DNA from: Convolutriloba macropyga
Lineage: Eukaryota
DNA length: 64,000 bases
NCBI RefSeq assembly: GCF_964194025.1
Contig: NC_134468.1
Span: forward strand, 12,028,001 to 12,092,000
Direction: 5' to 3'
Part shown: positions 13,602 through 26,150 of the stretch, piece after piece
Numbering within the stretch: position 1 is the stretch's first letter
How the letters are laid out: every line of letters begins with the position of its first letter
The notes under the pieces: model-generated
What the model saw: only the letters and a program-made list of their open reading frames with translations
Told to the model about the DNA's origin: nothing
Database searches by the model: none
Translations under genes and position numbers: made by a program

Positions 13602-14106
13602 CAATTTTTCACGGTGGCCGACTTTTCCTTGATGGGTGGCGAGGTCAGATTAGTGTGTTGTTGCTGCTGCAAATGGGTTGCCAAACCGGCAGCGGGCGAA
13701 ATGCTGTGCAACGAAGACCTCTCCACATTGTGATGAGATGGCTTCAATCCTTGCCCAGAAGAGGCGTTACTGTTCTGAAGAAGTGCTAGATTCGAATTCT
13801 GTTGTTGCTGTAGAATGAATTGATGATGCTGTTGTTGCGTATACAGGTCTCGCTCGCTATGACTACCGCCAATTGTTGAGCTTAGAGCCCCGGCAGCGGT
13901 CGGGTAACTTGCCCCGCTGGTTGAGGCAGGTGTAATAATTGGTGACCCCGTTGATGCTGAGATATTACTATTAATCTTGTTATTACTAGCAGAGTTAACT
14001 GAGGTGTTGCTGTTAATTTGGAGTACAGCGCTTCCAACGCAGCTGTTTGATCCAATTCCTAATTGGGCTGCTTTCTGGTGTGCATCATCGCTGCCTGCTG
14101 ACGAGC
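13602..14106 (-). CDS. NCOR: NCoR/SMRT exon 11 of those found (low-complexity S/N/Q linker ending KSATVKNW, possibly the first Trp of SANT2)
   Basis: Acceptor TTTTGTTTAG at 14107; phase 1 matches the upstream donor; 505 nt open (GSSAGSDDAHQK...QQQQHTNLTSPPIKEKSATVKNW). Donor TG|GTTCGT is inferred and less certain. Confidence 0.72.
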
Positions 14107-15118
14107 CTAAACAAAAAAGATCAATTGAAATCCCATCTTAAACTTTTCTCTATTTTATTCATTATTGAAAAGGATAAAATATTCGATGGCTAAATAGTCC
14201 CATTAAAATTAAGGTAATTGTCTGACCCACTAACACAGAAACTCAGACATTCTAGCCAGGAACCACAATGGCTTTCGCTTTTTGATTTTGGTAGAATAAG
14301 CAAAAGAAACTCCGTAGGCAATTTTACTTTTAGCTCAATAACGTTCTATCTTTTTGATCTTAAAGCAGATCGAACCGTTTTTTCAGTCAGATGTACATGA
14401 ATTTAGTATGTCCCCAAGTTAGTCACACAGCATGGAAAATTGGAGTATTGCCACTTTCGTTTCATTAAAGGGAACCTTTAGCGAAAACAATCTCTCCCTG
14501 AATCGAAAACAAGCAAAAATACCTCAGAGCAAAAGTCTAAGTGCAATCTCTCCAATCACTGACGGAAAACATAACCGAATAAGAACGGAAAAATTGCTTG
14601 CCGATGACAGGAGGGGGGATGGGATTGTTTGATTGTAGCTCCAAACTGAGTTAAGGATTTAACATCAACGGATATTAGTTTTAATTGTTTGGATCACTAA
14701 AATTGAAATTTAAAAAATCTTGACTCAATTTTGAGTCAACTTTAAGAAATTAACAGTCGCCAATTGACTTCAACATCGGGAAATCGACAAGCATTTTTTC
14801 TAAGTGTCAAAAAGTGTTCTAATTTGGTGTGCAGTTTCAGTTAGATTCTAAAACTATGCTTAATTCAACTTTTGAACTGAAAGCTATTAAGCTTAAAACT
14901 AATTTCAGCTAGCAATGGCTCTAATGAACTTTAATAACTCAATGCACTCTGAGTGCTTTTTTGTTTTATCCAGTTTTTGATTTTGCTCTAATGACATTGA
15001 ACGGATTCACTACATTGCCGAAACAGTGAGTGAAGTAAGTCACGATTCAAACGTGAAAATGGTTACTTCGGTAAAGCAAAAAACGTGATCAAAAGGCAAA
15101 AAACGCGCCAAGTACAAA

Positions 15119-15652
15119 AACATACCCGGCAGATTGCCGGAAAATAGCCGCCGTTGATTCCAATAAGCATGATTGGGATTGAACGAATAGAATATATTGA
15201 AAAAAAAAAAGATTTTTGTACAAAAATATTTTTTAAGTCCGATTTATTTTGATGGCATTTCGTAGTTGAACATACTTCTGTTTCTTAGAGAGAGGCTACA
15301 GGGGCTACTATCAACACCAATAAGCATTAGAGGTGGTAACTAAGACTTATAGGAACGACGTTCAAATAGCGGGCATCTAAAATTGGGCTTTATGGGTTTA
15401 TCCCGTTTCTATTTCTGACTTCAATTTTTTATACCGACTCTGTTCATTTTGAATTGCTTTGCTTAGCAACTGATGTTCAAATTCACTTTTAACAGAATGA
15501 GAGAAGAGAGAAACTAGCCTAGAGAAGTCAAAAAGATTTCACGCACAATGTCGAAAAAGCGGCAAAATGGTAAAGCGAAAAAAAGTTTGACGAAGTAAAA
15601 AAAAAAATACGAGCGCAATAATAGCCGGCTGAGAAGATGAGGGCGGCTATTA
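15119..15652 (-). mobile_element. HINE family B, uninterrupted; a second B-type end follows at 15670-15704 (probable host element)
   Basis: CCGGCAGATTGCCGG hairpin + AATAGCCGC SIR ... AATAGCCGGCTGAGAAGATGAGGGCGGCTATT. Confidence 0.85.
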
Positions 15653-15968
15653 AACAATAAGAGCGTACCAATTATAGCCGTTAAGAGGCTGACGGCGGCT
15701 ATTAAAAACTGCACATCAAAACCAGTACGACTGAAATAATTCTCTCAAACATTGTTTAAAAGTAATTAAACAATTGATGTTTGTACAGCTCATGTAAAGA
15801 ACACAGACGTACAGGAACCTATGAAATGACCTAACTGCAATTCTGCTTTAAAAATTGAAACAATTAAATAGAAGCTTTGCAAATTGAAGCAGTTAAAAGT
15901 TGCCAAAATCATCTACAAACTTTTGAACTTAACCGTTTGACATAAAACTCTTTTTCTCTCTCTCTTAA

Positions 15969-16438
15969 AGATATAACCCACTAAAGTCGGAAGAACTGCT
16001 CTGAAACGGCTGGCGGGGGCTCGATTCTATTGTAGCCTGAATCAGTCGGTAGACGAGTGGTAAGAGCAGGTTGCTTGTATGGAGGGACAATACGATCAAC
16101 AAAGGCAACGTCTTAAACTGAGTTCAACTGCTTCAAATTGTGAATGAGAAGGGAGAAGCAAAAAATTTAAATCATACGCATACTTAGAGACTAATGAGCT
16201 ACAAGGCTCTCATAGAATCTAATGCCCTCCGGGCTTTAGCTGTTTTGTTATCAGGTTTTTGAGGACGAAAAGTTATATGGTCAGACGTAAAACAAACAGT
16301 CAGACAAAAAATGGTAGTACGAAAAATCGCATTGAATAAAGACCAGCAGGACTAATACAATTGCTACAAACTTGATTTCAGCGCGTTTAAAAAAGAAACA
16401 CATGACTACCATAGAATTTTGCGCGTGAGAGCAATTAA
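15969..16438 (-). mobile_element. HINE family A, degenerate
   Basis: CCCACTAAAGTCGG + ACTGCTCTGAAACG ... GAGGACGAAAAG ... GGACTAATACAATTGCTACAAAC ... GAGAGCAATT. Confidence 0.7.
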
Positions 16439-16691
16439 ATAGCTAAAAATATTGATAGATTTGAAATATAATTGAAATAAATTTTTTTAAGAGAAATTAA
16501 TTACGAATAATTCCATTTTTAGTTCCGAACCAGCAGTATCAAGTTCTATAGTTTACGCAAATTTAAACTTTCTGTTTAATTTTGGTAATGTGAAATAATA
16601 CCAACACTACTCAGCTTTAACAAAAAAAAACTCAGTCCCACTGCCTTGTGAACTGATTTGATAGTCCGTTTGAGTGGTTCAATTAATTCAC

Positions 16692-17739
16692 CTGTTCTCA
16701 GCATGTTTGTAGAATGTGCCGTCAATCCTCCGCCCACAATTCTGTTGAAAATATTGGACGCCATGTCATCAGGTTTACAATTCTGTTTGTTAGCAGAACT
16801 CAACAACAGATTCTTATTCCCTTCTGAGTGGAGGCTTGGCGCCACAGACGTGAACACGATCGCATTCCTTGCCAGGTCACTTTGGGCCGAGTTGACGACC
16901 CGGGTGAAAACGTCCTCGTTTAGTGAGCCCGGATTCGCTGATCCGCCAATCATAGCGCTGGCTCTGTTATGCAATAGTGTATACGGCTGATGCCTCGTGT
17001 TACTCTCGACCTCCGAACCCGGATGTTGTGGGTTCTGTTGATTCGCTGAAATATAAGTCCTAGAAGCAGATGAAAGATTCGCAATTCTTGCTTCCTGGTC
17101 ATGGACATTTGAAGTCTGTAGTTGCTGCGGCTGTTGTTGGTTTTGAGAAAGGGTACTACTGGAGGTAGAAATGGCAGTGTTGTTCAGCTCAGTAGCGTTC
17201 CCGGGAGAAGTCAAATTATGTGAGTTAAGAACAGCTGCGGAATTACTGCTGCTGTTAATATTGTTATTTGAACTCGAACCAACCCCAGTTGCAGAACCGC
17301 TGTTCGTTGTGGTTAAGGTAGACTTATGTGTGCTGCTTGAAGATGCCGTTTCTGCGTTTGACGCAGCCGCCGCATTCACTGACTGTTGTTCAGAAGATGT
17401 CTGTTGTTGCAATCTTTTCTCGTCACTTCCATGCTGAATATTCGACGTTTGTCCTGGCACCGAATTCGTGTCACTAGACGAGGATGCTTCAACGCCAGTT
17501 GTCAAACTCATAGTAGTGATGCCACTATTGATAGAAGTGGCTGTAGTGGTTGTGGTGTTGTTCGCAACTGATGTGAGAGGGTGAGTGGTTGCGGCAATTG
17601 ACAGAGTCGTGTTGGCTGACGATGCTGTCGTTACCATAAGAGACGAAGAGGAGGATGAGGAGGAAGTTGGGTACTGTGTTGTGCTGGTTGCAGTTGGGGG
17701 TGATATGGACCTGGGAACCTCGGAGGGCTGCGGTGTAAT
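16692..17739 (-). CDS. NCOR: NCoR/SMRT exon 10 (1048 nt, Ser/Thr/Asn/Gln-rich disordered region)
   Basis: Lies within the 390-aa ORF; acceptor TTACAG|ATT (phase 0); donor ACAG|GTGAAT (phase 1), compatible with the next exon. Confidence 0.82.
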
Positions 17740-17836
17740 CTGTAACATTTATCTTACTTCATTTATCCCTAGATCATTGGTATATTAGAATTTGTACAAT
17801 ACCAATAGAACTTTTTTTAAAAGAAATTCAAAGTCA

Positions 17837-20587
17837 AACATAGCTGTCAGATTGCCAGAAAATAGCCGCAATAGCTTCGTAGATCTGCAGTCTCAAAAAA
17901 AACAGTAAAAAAGACAGACCAAAAAAATTCTTTTCATTGAAAGCTCATATGTTATATCTTGATTAAAAATCTGTATAAGTTTTTGCTGCCTGTATTAGCT
18001 GCTCTCAAATAACCTTCATTTGGAGAGACACACACCCGTTTGACCTTATCTCTTTGAATTAAAGTAAATAAAAAGTCAATTTCAAAATAAGGAAGTAATT
18101 TTTGAGAGTGAGGTAAGTCAAATTAATCAAAAATTTACTCACGCGAATGAACAAAACAACTCGCTCCGCTAAGAGCAAAAAATTACGTCACGCACGCACT
18201 TCAGTTGAAATTGCATGAACGAATGAACAAAGAGCAGATTTGAAGTGATTGTGAAGTCATATGGTCGTAACAAAAATCTTGACGAAGAAATAAAATACAT
18301 GGCCGGAAGAGTTCTGGAAATGACTCGAAGTAGAAAACTGACCACTCTCACTCACCTAATGCATATTCCACAAAATTATACTAAGCATTTTGAAACAACA
18401 GGAAAAATATAAGAGAAGTATCTGACAAAAACAGATACACAACCTGATATATTGAACTTTAGTGGCAACTCCAGAAAAAACTATTGGTAAAGGAACCTGT
18501 TATACAGATAGTTTGCAACAAAAACTCACCATTGACAGACAACCCAATAAAAAAGGATAAAAAATGGGAAGGGAAAGATGACGGATAACACCGTAAAGCA
18601 GAATTCTTTAAAAAAGAACTCTCTGCAAACGCTAAAAGCTATTCTGAACCATTAAACTGGAAAAATGTGAATTAAATTCTCCCGTAATCAGTCAGCCAAG
18701 CAAAGTTTGCTCGAGAAACAATAAACAAATTGAAATACAAGAGCAAAAACGAAAAATAATTATAAATATTATTTTATTTAATAAAGTGATATGTGCCATG
18801 TTTAGCTTTCAGAATTCTTCCCAACAACTATTCCGCAAACAATTTTCACAACCTTTGTTGCCAGATCAGTCACTCAACCAAAACGAAGGAGAGAAAGATC
18901 AATTGACTGTTGGAAACTGCTAAGACCAAAAAACTAAAAAAAAAAATAAAAAGTTGTAATTTCTGTTAGAGAAAATTGCCATGCCTATATTTGAAGTGTC
19001 ATAGCAGCAATATCAGAAAAGTAACTCTCAACTTAGATGTGAATGAGACAAATAGGAGGAGGAAACGCTAGGCCAGAAGAAAGTCAAAAAACCAAAAGAA
19101 GAAACAAATGGTGAAAAATTTGCTGGAATTTAGCCAATTTTCCTTAAAATTTGAAAAAACAATTAATCATAACGAACGACCACCAAAACTGCTACAACAA
19201 CTAGTTGCAACAACACAAGTCCGCAGAGGTTATTAAAAAATTCAAGAAAAATACAAAAAGACTAGAAAAGCTTAAAATAGGCAAAATGGTAAAAATAGAT
19301 GAAGATTGAATCTAAATGTGCAATATTTGCGTCAGATGATCAAAAGTGCTTCCAAACACACATCCAAAGATCCAAACACGAACAAACATCCAAACTACTA
19401 GATAAGATAACTGTGAGAACCTTTGATTGGAAAGTTGGACTAAAAACTAGAAAAAATTTTAAAAAGCCGCACGATCAAAAATTTCATTCTATTAGCGGAA
19501 TACTACTTTTCAAAACTACTTTTCTCGCTTTAAATATAAATAGGAAGGTTTTCAACGATACAATCAAATAATCACTCTATCTTCTCTGCTTTTCAATTAG
19601 TTTAGCCGTTTGACCAAAACAGTTTTCACATGAATTATTGATCCAAAATTAGGTACATATATTTATTCAGCAATCATGGCTCAAAAACATTACACAGCCA
19701 TGCTTCCGCCTAAAAAATTGAGAAAACGTTAGAGATTCGCTAAACTAAAATAAGTTGCCAAAAAAATAGTCAAAATATTAAAATTATATAAAATATTAAA
19801 ATTGTAATTAAGAAACATATTTCCCTTGAACTTCAAAGGTTAGACATCATAAAACAAATCATTCATTGATAACACAAAATTAAACTACTGACTTTCCACA
19901 GAAAAACTTTTTCTTCGGAATAAATTCAAAAAAAAATTAACAAAAAAACGGACAAAAAGTGCAAAACACGGATTAGTATGTGTACAATTTGATAAAACAA
20001 AAAAGAAGTCACGTTCAAAAGAGTTGTTCAAAGCATGATTTGCCAATCGAACATTGCCATATACATTGATTTTTCGGAAAAAGTCTGCTCGAAGATCGAA
20101 ACAGGACGAAACTAATGAAAAAATACAAATATTTACTTTAAATTGAGAAATACGAGCCCAATTTACACTGGAAAGATTCTATTAGGCTCTGGAAAACTTT
20201 GTGGTATCCATTTAATGCAGTTATATATTAATAAAGCATCGATCAAAATCAATTTCTAGAAAAACCAAATTACAGGTAAAAAAAACATTGAGCCAAATGG
20301 AAGAAACCCAACTAAAAAGGGTTATCTATATGCGCCGTTCTGTCAAGAACATTTTTAAAGTCAAAAAGTCATTCACTGAACACAGCGCATGATCAAAAAA
20401 CTTCTCTCGCTTGGCAAAAATCTGTTCACCATGAAAGCTTTTCTCACTTTCGCTTTTAGATTAAAATGCCGCGTGAAAAAAATTACTTCCTATAAAAAAA
20501 GACAGAAAAAACCAATACTCCTCTTCGAGACGTAAAAAAACCAAGAGAAGGCCAATAATAGCCCCAGCTATCGCTGTGCGGCTATTA
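17837..20587 (-). mobile_element. HINE family B split by a ~2.2-kb nested family D element
   Basis: 17837-18290 aligns with 29376-29820; the remaining B end (AAGAGAAGGCCAATAATAGCCCCAGCTATCGCTGTGCGGCTATT) reappears at 20543-20587. Confidence 0.75.
18296..20534 (-). mobile_element. Putative HINE family D nested in B
   Basis: ACATGG + imperfect hairpin CCGGAAGAGTTCTGG + ATGACTCGAAG; matching inverted CTTCGAGACGT at ~20523-20533. Interior not recognisable. Confidence 0.5.
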
Positions 20588-20913
20588 ATAAAATAGTGGC
20601 ATTGCTGCATCTTAATTGAAAATACACTGAAAGCAGCCAAAGCAATTTAACTGGATTCTTTTTTACTTTTTTTACGCTAGAGGAACTTTTTTGATGCAGA
20701 CGTTTACGTTCTTAATTTCTCAATGCTCGCGATTGAAATCACTCAGAAAGTCAAAGCGTGAAAAATTCACCCGAGAAGTGAAATCGAGAGAATGTTCTAG
20801 AAGAAAACGGTCAAGTGAAATTTTTGCATAAGAAACACACACACCTTTACTGTAATTGCTTCAAACGTTCGAGAGCAATTAACTGCAAATGTAATTGAGA
20901 ATATAAGTATTAC

Positions 20914-21033
20914 CGTTCGATTGGGTTTAATCTTTGGATCTCTTTTCCTCTTGATTGAGTTACTGCGAACTTGCTTCTTGTAGTTCTCTGTAGGTTTCTT
21001 CAAGTAGTAAAACTTGACACATTCTTCAATCGG
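20914..21033 (-). CDS. NCOR: NCoR/SMRT exon 9 (SANT1 helix 3 plus basic segment)
   Basis: PIEECVKFYYLKKPTENYKKQVRSNSIKRKRDPKIKPNRT resembles NCoR CVLYYYLTKKNENYK; TTTTAG acceptor, GTAATA donor, phase 0/0. Confidence 0.93.
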
Positions 21034-21376
21034 CTAAAAAACAAACATGCAACTCTAAAGGCAAGCCTTAACATTAAAATTGGAGCCAAAAATTTTTCAT
21101 TCCCCTAAAAATAGATGGAAACTAACAAAGGTAACTTCAAACTTCATTTTCACAACAATTTTCTACTTTCATTGAAATTGAAACCAATATCAAAGCATAT
21201 AATTAATAGCTTAATTAGAAAAGTGTCATGCACGTTCAGAACAAAAACTTTTAAAAATTGCTTTTTTTGGTGCCATTTTTGGCCATGAGAAAATTTAACC
21301 CTAGGTTATGTGTTTTAACTCACTAAATTCCTTTCAAAAACGAAAACTTGAGAACTTGAGTCAAAGTTAGACTTAC

Positions 21377-21428
21377 CTTTCCAACAGCATTCGACACTGC
21401 TGCAAAGTTCTTTGGATGGACCAAATAC
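21377..21428 (-). CDS. NCOR: NCoR/SMRT exon 8 (SANT1 core)
   Basis: (K)YLVHPKNFAAVSNAVGK resembles NCoR FIQHPKNFGLIASYLERK; TTTCAG / GTAAGT; phase 2/0. Confidence 0.95.
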
Positions 21429-22074
21429 CTGAAACGGATGATATTTGCGAATCACAAACAATAATAAACAAAGTCAATTTGAACTACACAAAGTCGAACG
21501 ATTAACACGGAATAGCCCAAATATTGCAAAAATACCTTGATTGTCAAATTTACAAATCCACCATATTCAAACGTCAAAATGAGGCTGACAAATGTCTCGT
21601 GATTGTGAACTTGAACGGAAAATGGCAACTAATCTCAAAATAGTCCACGCAATTACAGCTCAAATGAAAGCGTCCGAAGTTTGATTAAGAAGCAAGCTTA
21701 CCAACGAGTGGGCGAGCATTAATTACTCGTCATCACTATCAAAATTTTCAATATCCATTTCAATCTTCGTATTATCGCCCATCACCAACTGAGATATAGA
21801 TGGAAATCTAAAAAGACGGCAAACCTCGCATAATATGACGCAACTTGTTGACTATTACGTAAGAATACTGTATTCACGTTCTCAAACAGCAATTTTCATC
21901 AATAAACAGCGTTTCAGTCAGCCCGGTCCATTAATACCCTTGACAAAATTTCATAACAATGATTTTAAATATCTTATGCGGTAATCATAAGCTGTAGGAT
22001 TAAAATACAATTTGACGTCTGCAAGGCAATTGAAACTAAAGATTCCATGTAATTTTTATTCTCGTTCAACTTAC

Positions 22075-22341
22075 TTGTCTCTGAACACCTTCTGTTGCTG
22101 TTCAGTCCATGCGGATATGTTTTGTGTCTGTTTGTAGAGAGCCAGCGGGTCTTCTATGTACCTGTTTGAGTCCATGTACTTAACCGGGGGCTTGCTCTTG
22201 TTAGTACCCAATCTGTTCACGCAAAGGGGAGGTATCACAGCATTGCGATGCATTTCTGATTCGTTCAGCTCCTGTTGTCTCAAACTAGAAGCGATCTCCT
22301 CAATTTCAAATTCACTTTTCCCACTTCCGCGGGTTCCCATC
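22075..22341 (-). CDS. NCOR: NCoR/SMRT exon 7 (deacetylase activation domain and start of SANT1)
   Basis: MGTRGSGKSEFEIEEIASSLRQQE...AVIPP...YMDSNRYIEDPLALYK...WTEQQQKVFRDK resembles RSEHEISEII..VIPP..FINMNGLMEDPMKVYK..WTDHEKEIFKDK; TTCCAG / GTAAGT; phase 2/2. Confidence 0.95.
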
Positions 22342-22726
22342 CTGGAAAAAATACCAAAAATATTACTACACATTTTCATGAACTCAAAACACATTTTGGA
22401 TCTTTCATTCCAACCGAACGTAAATGCTTTTTAATAAATATTTTCGTTTTCAGAACCTGAATTTCTCACCCCCACAGAAAAAATTCTGTTTCTCTACATG
22501 ATAGACAAATACTAATAGAAACTACTAGAAAAATAACAACGCCACTTAATATTCATAATAGGTGTCGTCAATAATTTTTTTTTCTTTAGAATATTGGTAT
22601 GAACAAAAGCGCCAATATTTCTCTCTGTTCTTCAATTTTTTTCAACAAAACAGTATTTTCAGGTGAGGCATTTGACATCGATTTTCAGACTGATTAAAAA
22701 TAGATCACTATAACCTCCAAAGAAGA

Positions 22727-22810
22727 CAGCGCCCAAAAAATCAAATTCATTGAATTGTAAAAAAAACACGATGGGAACAATAGCAGCTTCGCCATCGCTT
22801 CGCAGCTATG
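22727..22810 (-). mobile_element. Adjacent HINE-C end and HINE-B end (relic of a C-in-B nesting)
   Basis: CAGCGCCC...AAATTCATTGAATTGTAAAAAAA followed by CACGATG...AATAGCAGC...GCAGCTAT; same layout as 44995-45079. Confidence 0.6.
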
Positions 22811-23276
22811 AAAAAACATTCCATGCGCCAGGGATATGAAAAACCTGCCAATTTTTCTGCTGCTCAGTTTGTATTTCATGAATTGCTTTGCACTTTGTAA
22901 TTTTCTTCATTTAGAGCACTCGAAAAGCACTAACTCTTTTCTACAAAACATTTTTGCTTAGTTGATGCTGAGAGCTGGTTGTACACTAATATCAACTTTT
23001 TTTAGCTCCAACAACTTTATACGTTGTAAACCTTTTGTTTTTTAAAAAAAAAATGAGCAACCATTTTTGCAAACAAACTAGATTCAAAGGTTGTGACAAA
23101 TCTAATTAATCCTACGTTTAGATAAAGTATGTTTACTTAACCATTTAATCTGATTACATCTGTCGAGACAAGCTGACACCAGTTACGTAACAAGCAAACA
23201 GTTACGTAATCGAACTAAATTACTCATCACTGATACAGAAAAGTTATAAACTATTCAAAAAAATCAAAGAACGTAC

Positions 23277-23363
23277 CGTGCAATGCGTTCGTCCTGTTCT
23301 CTGCGCTTTTTCAAGTCTGGAAAGATCTTCTCGAAGAATTCTCTGTTCTTTGCGTCTTTGGCT
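23277..23363 (-). CDS. NCOR: NCoR/SMRT exon 6
   Basis: (R)AKDAKNREFFEKIFPDLKKRREQDERIA(R) resembles AKESKTREYYEKQFPEIRKQREQQERFQR; TTTCAG / GTACGT; phase 2/2. Confidence 0.95.
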
Positions 23364-24507
23364 CTGAAACCACAAAGCACACACGTTAACACAACACTAC
23401 CAATTTCCCATTATTTCCTTCTTGTTTATAATTTCTCTTTGTTCTTAACCGTGCAAGGATACGGTTAATACTTTACATATTTGCACTCGAGGTTAACATT
23501 GGCTCGCAATCAAACATACCAAAAGAAACGGTGCCAAAATTAAACTTAAACTCACTGAACTGAATCAAGTCATGTTATATTTGCATGTTATTTGTGTCAA
23601 ACCACTTAGTCACTTTAGCTCAAACTATTTTCTGAAATCTCCCCTATATATGCTGCAACCAATTTCAAACTATTCTAACTAAGTGTGACAAATTCTCACG
23701 AAAATCGTGACATAAAAGGAAGTTAGTGGTCACATATGCTACATTTATCATGGGCAATTAAGCACTACGGATCTCAAATGCAAACTTTCATAGAGAACTG
23801 AAGAAATGAATGAGAGATTTGGAAAGAACCCTTTGACTTATTATAAACAACAAGCTAACCTATTCCAGGAAAAATAACGTGTTTATAGACAAATTACATA
23901 AACAGTGCAGTTAAAGTACTAAATTGGCTCTTGAATTCCTCTTTTGAACTTTCCCAAATATTCGGGCTCTCATTTCATTACAGCCCACTACTCCCCTTTT
24001 ATCGCTAAAGTTGCCCAGTTATGCAACTTGAATTTGCAGTGCCTTCAGTAACATGTCCAATAAATTTTCGCTCAACTCGTGATTATGTTTAAAACAATTT
24101 CTTAATCCCTCAATGCCAATAATGCAAAATCTCAAGGCACTGAAATCAATATCAGTCTTAAGCAGCCGTCAAAAACCCAAAAATTTTGAGGAATCAACGT
24201 CAAATGAGGTTATGTTGTTTTTCCCTCTGCTTCCCCGAGTGGCCTGAACAAAAATGCTAGTTTTCATGCATATGTGAACCAAATAATTCGTTATTTTTTA
24301 ATTAGTAAACTTCTTCACAGGCTAATGGGAGGAAACACTAGCTGTGACCACAATTACAGGTCATTAAAAGCTTATAGAACTGTCAATTTAGTATGATCCG
24401 ATTTTGATAGTCTGGATCCGTAGACGGGTAGAGAGAGGAGGGTGGGGGGGGGGGGGGTGGTTACTTTCAAGTGTTCACAGGAGCGGTAAAAAGTTGACAT
24501 TTGTTAC

Positions 24508-24593
24508 CTCCTCTTGGCGCTGTTCTTTTGAGACTGAACTTTGCTTATCCACTGTGAATAACTGCTGTCATACTGCTCCGCACACCTCTCGTC
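24508..24593 (-). CDS. NCOR: NCoR/SMRT exon 5
   Basis: DERCAEQYDSSYSQWISKVQSQKNSAKR(R) resembles EQKICQRYDQLMEAWEKKVDRIENNPRRK; AATTAG / GTAACA; phase 0/2. Confidence 0.92.
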
Positions 24594-24875
24594 CTAATTA
24601 AAATTCAGCAAACGTCAAATAGTTCCAAATATAGCTCGAAATTTCGATTAGCTTTTTAAGCTTTTTTAGCCGAATAATATTTAATTTAATAATTTTTAGA
24701 CAAATTTTGTTATAAAAACCCACACTGATCTGAATGTTGACCATTTTTAAGAACTAACTCACACTGCATTCGTATAGCTGAGATCAAATTATGATTTGCA
24801 GCGTGTCTGACAATTTGTAATATTATGTTCAAAAAGATTTCATTATATTCATAACACAAAATCTGATCAACTCAC

Positions 24876-24942
24876 CGCTTCGTGGAGAGTTTTCTTTTGC
24901 CTGCTGATACTTTCAACCAGTTTGCTCTTGAATTCCACAAAT
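24876..24942 (-). CDS. NCOR: NCoR/SMRT exon 4
   Basis: (K)FVEFKSKLVESISRQKKTLHEA; T10-GTCTTTAG acceptor, GTGAGT donor; phase 2/0 fits both neighbours. Confidence 0.9.
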
Positions 24943-25197
24943 CTAAAGACAAAAAAAAAACATTTTTAAAATGGTAGCCAATGAATCAAAATATAGTAGA
25001 CGACGAGAAACTAATACTATGCTTAATAATAATTGAAAAGAACAGCTGAGAACAGGCTACTGTTAATACACTGCAGACTGAAAGCCTAATGCTGATCTGC
25101 TGCGATTACGCAGAAACACATTTATTTATTTATTTTATATGCTATCAAACAGAACAATTGCTGAAAATTTTTGGCGATTATCAAAATTGGCTCTTAC

Positions 25198-25307
25198 TTT
25201 TTCCTGTTGGCGTGATATGCTGGTGTTTCACAAGGTTGTGCATATTTTGGGATTTCAGCGAGGTTCGGATTTGCACCCATCATCCGATGCAAGAAGTCCA
25301 CATTTTT
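25198..25307 (-). CDS. NCOR: NCoR/SMRT exon 3 (TBL1-binding region)
   Basis: KNVDFLHRMMGANPNLAEIPKYAQPCETPAYHANRK resembles KKAEEAHKIFEGLGPKVELPLYNQPSDTKVYHENIK; CTTCAG / GTAAGA; phase 0/2. Confidence 0.92.
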
Positions 25308-25829
25308 CTGAAGCACAATAACACATTACTTATTGAACTTGAATTTTAAGATTTCAATAAAATTGGCCCATAAAAACAATCGAGTTTTGTAGAAAAAAAG
25401 TACCAGACCGCTAATAAGCTTTGAAAAAATCACAGCGATAAGAACAATATTTAATAAACAGAAAAAGGATATGCTAGCTTTGATGGATATGCCAGAAAAT
25501 TTGAATTTATCATTTTCAAAAAAAAATCAAACAATGAAATTTGATTGACAACACAGCTGATCAAAATAACGAGAGTCATGAGCATAGCTGAGGTCCTAGC
25601 GAATGCAGTAATTTGCATGACAATCATTCAATAAATGACTTGTTTGGATAATAATTGCACTATAGCATCATACACAAACCTTTTCAAAAGACGCAAACTT
25701 CAACATCAATTCAAAGAGTTGGGTCATTTTTATGTTAACCTGATTGAAGCAATTTTATGGCTAACTATTGCAATCTACCAACATATAGAAAGCTTAAAAA
25801 GAACGAACACAAACGAGAGCACATTTAAA

Positions 25830-26150
25830 GCATAACCGACTAACTCCGAACTAATTGATCTCAACGACTGACGTGGCTTGATTCTACTATTGTGGTCACT
25901 ATTATGGTGAGATAAGCTCTATAAGGGGCTTCAAATGACGTTATCATAGTCCATTAAAATTTATAGTCGTATATTATCACTGATTGAGTACAGTTGCTAC
26001 CAAATGAGAATAAGAGAGCAATTTAGATCATGCAAACCTAAAAAGTTACATACAAGTGTTTTCAAAAAATTGAAAAATTGTCATGAGAAAATTTTCAATC
26101 AAGAAGCACGATTACAATAATAGCTTCACACTTTTGTTCAAGATCAAATA
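25830..26150 (-). mobile_element. HINE family A, degenerate
   Basis: GCATAACCGACTAAC..AATTGATCTCAACG..GGGGCTTCAAATGACG..ACAATAATAGCTTCACAC. Confidence 0.6.

Noticed and set aside
16576-16691. 3' extension of the 390-aa ORF (ELIEPLKR...HYQN) as the NCoR C-terminus
   Set aside because: A good phase-1 donor at 16691 matches the next exon; the extension is most likely intron read-through.
16658-17788. Plus-strand ORFs of 61-110 aa (also 13427-13789, 22156-22434, 23283-23468, 25089-25349, 56417-56859)
   Set aside because: Antisense shadows of the NCoR and HSCB exons; no independent protein features.
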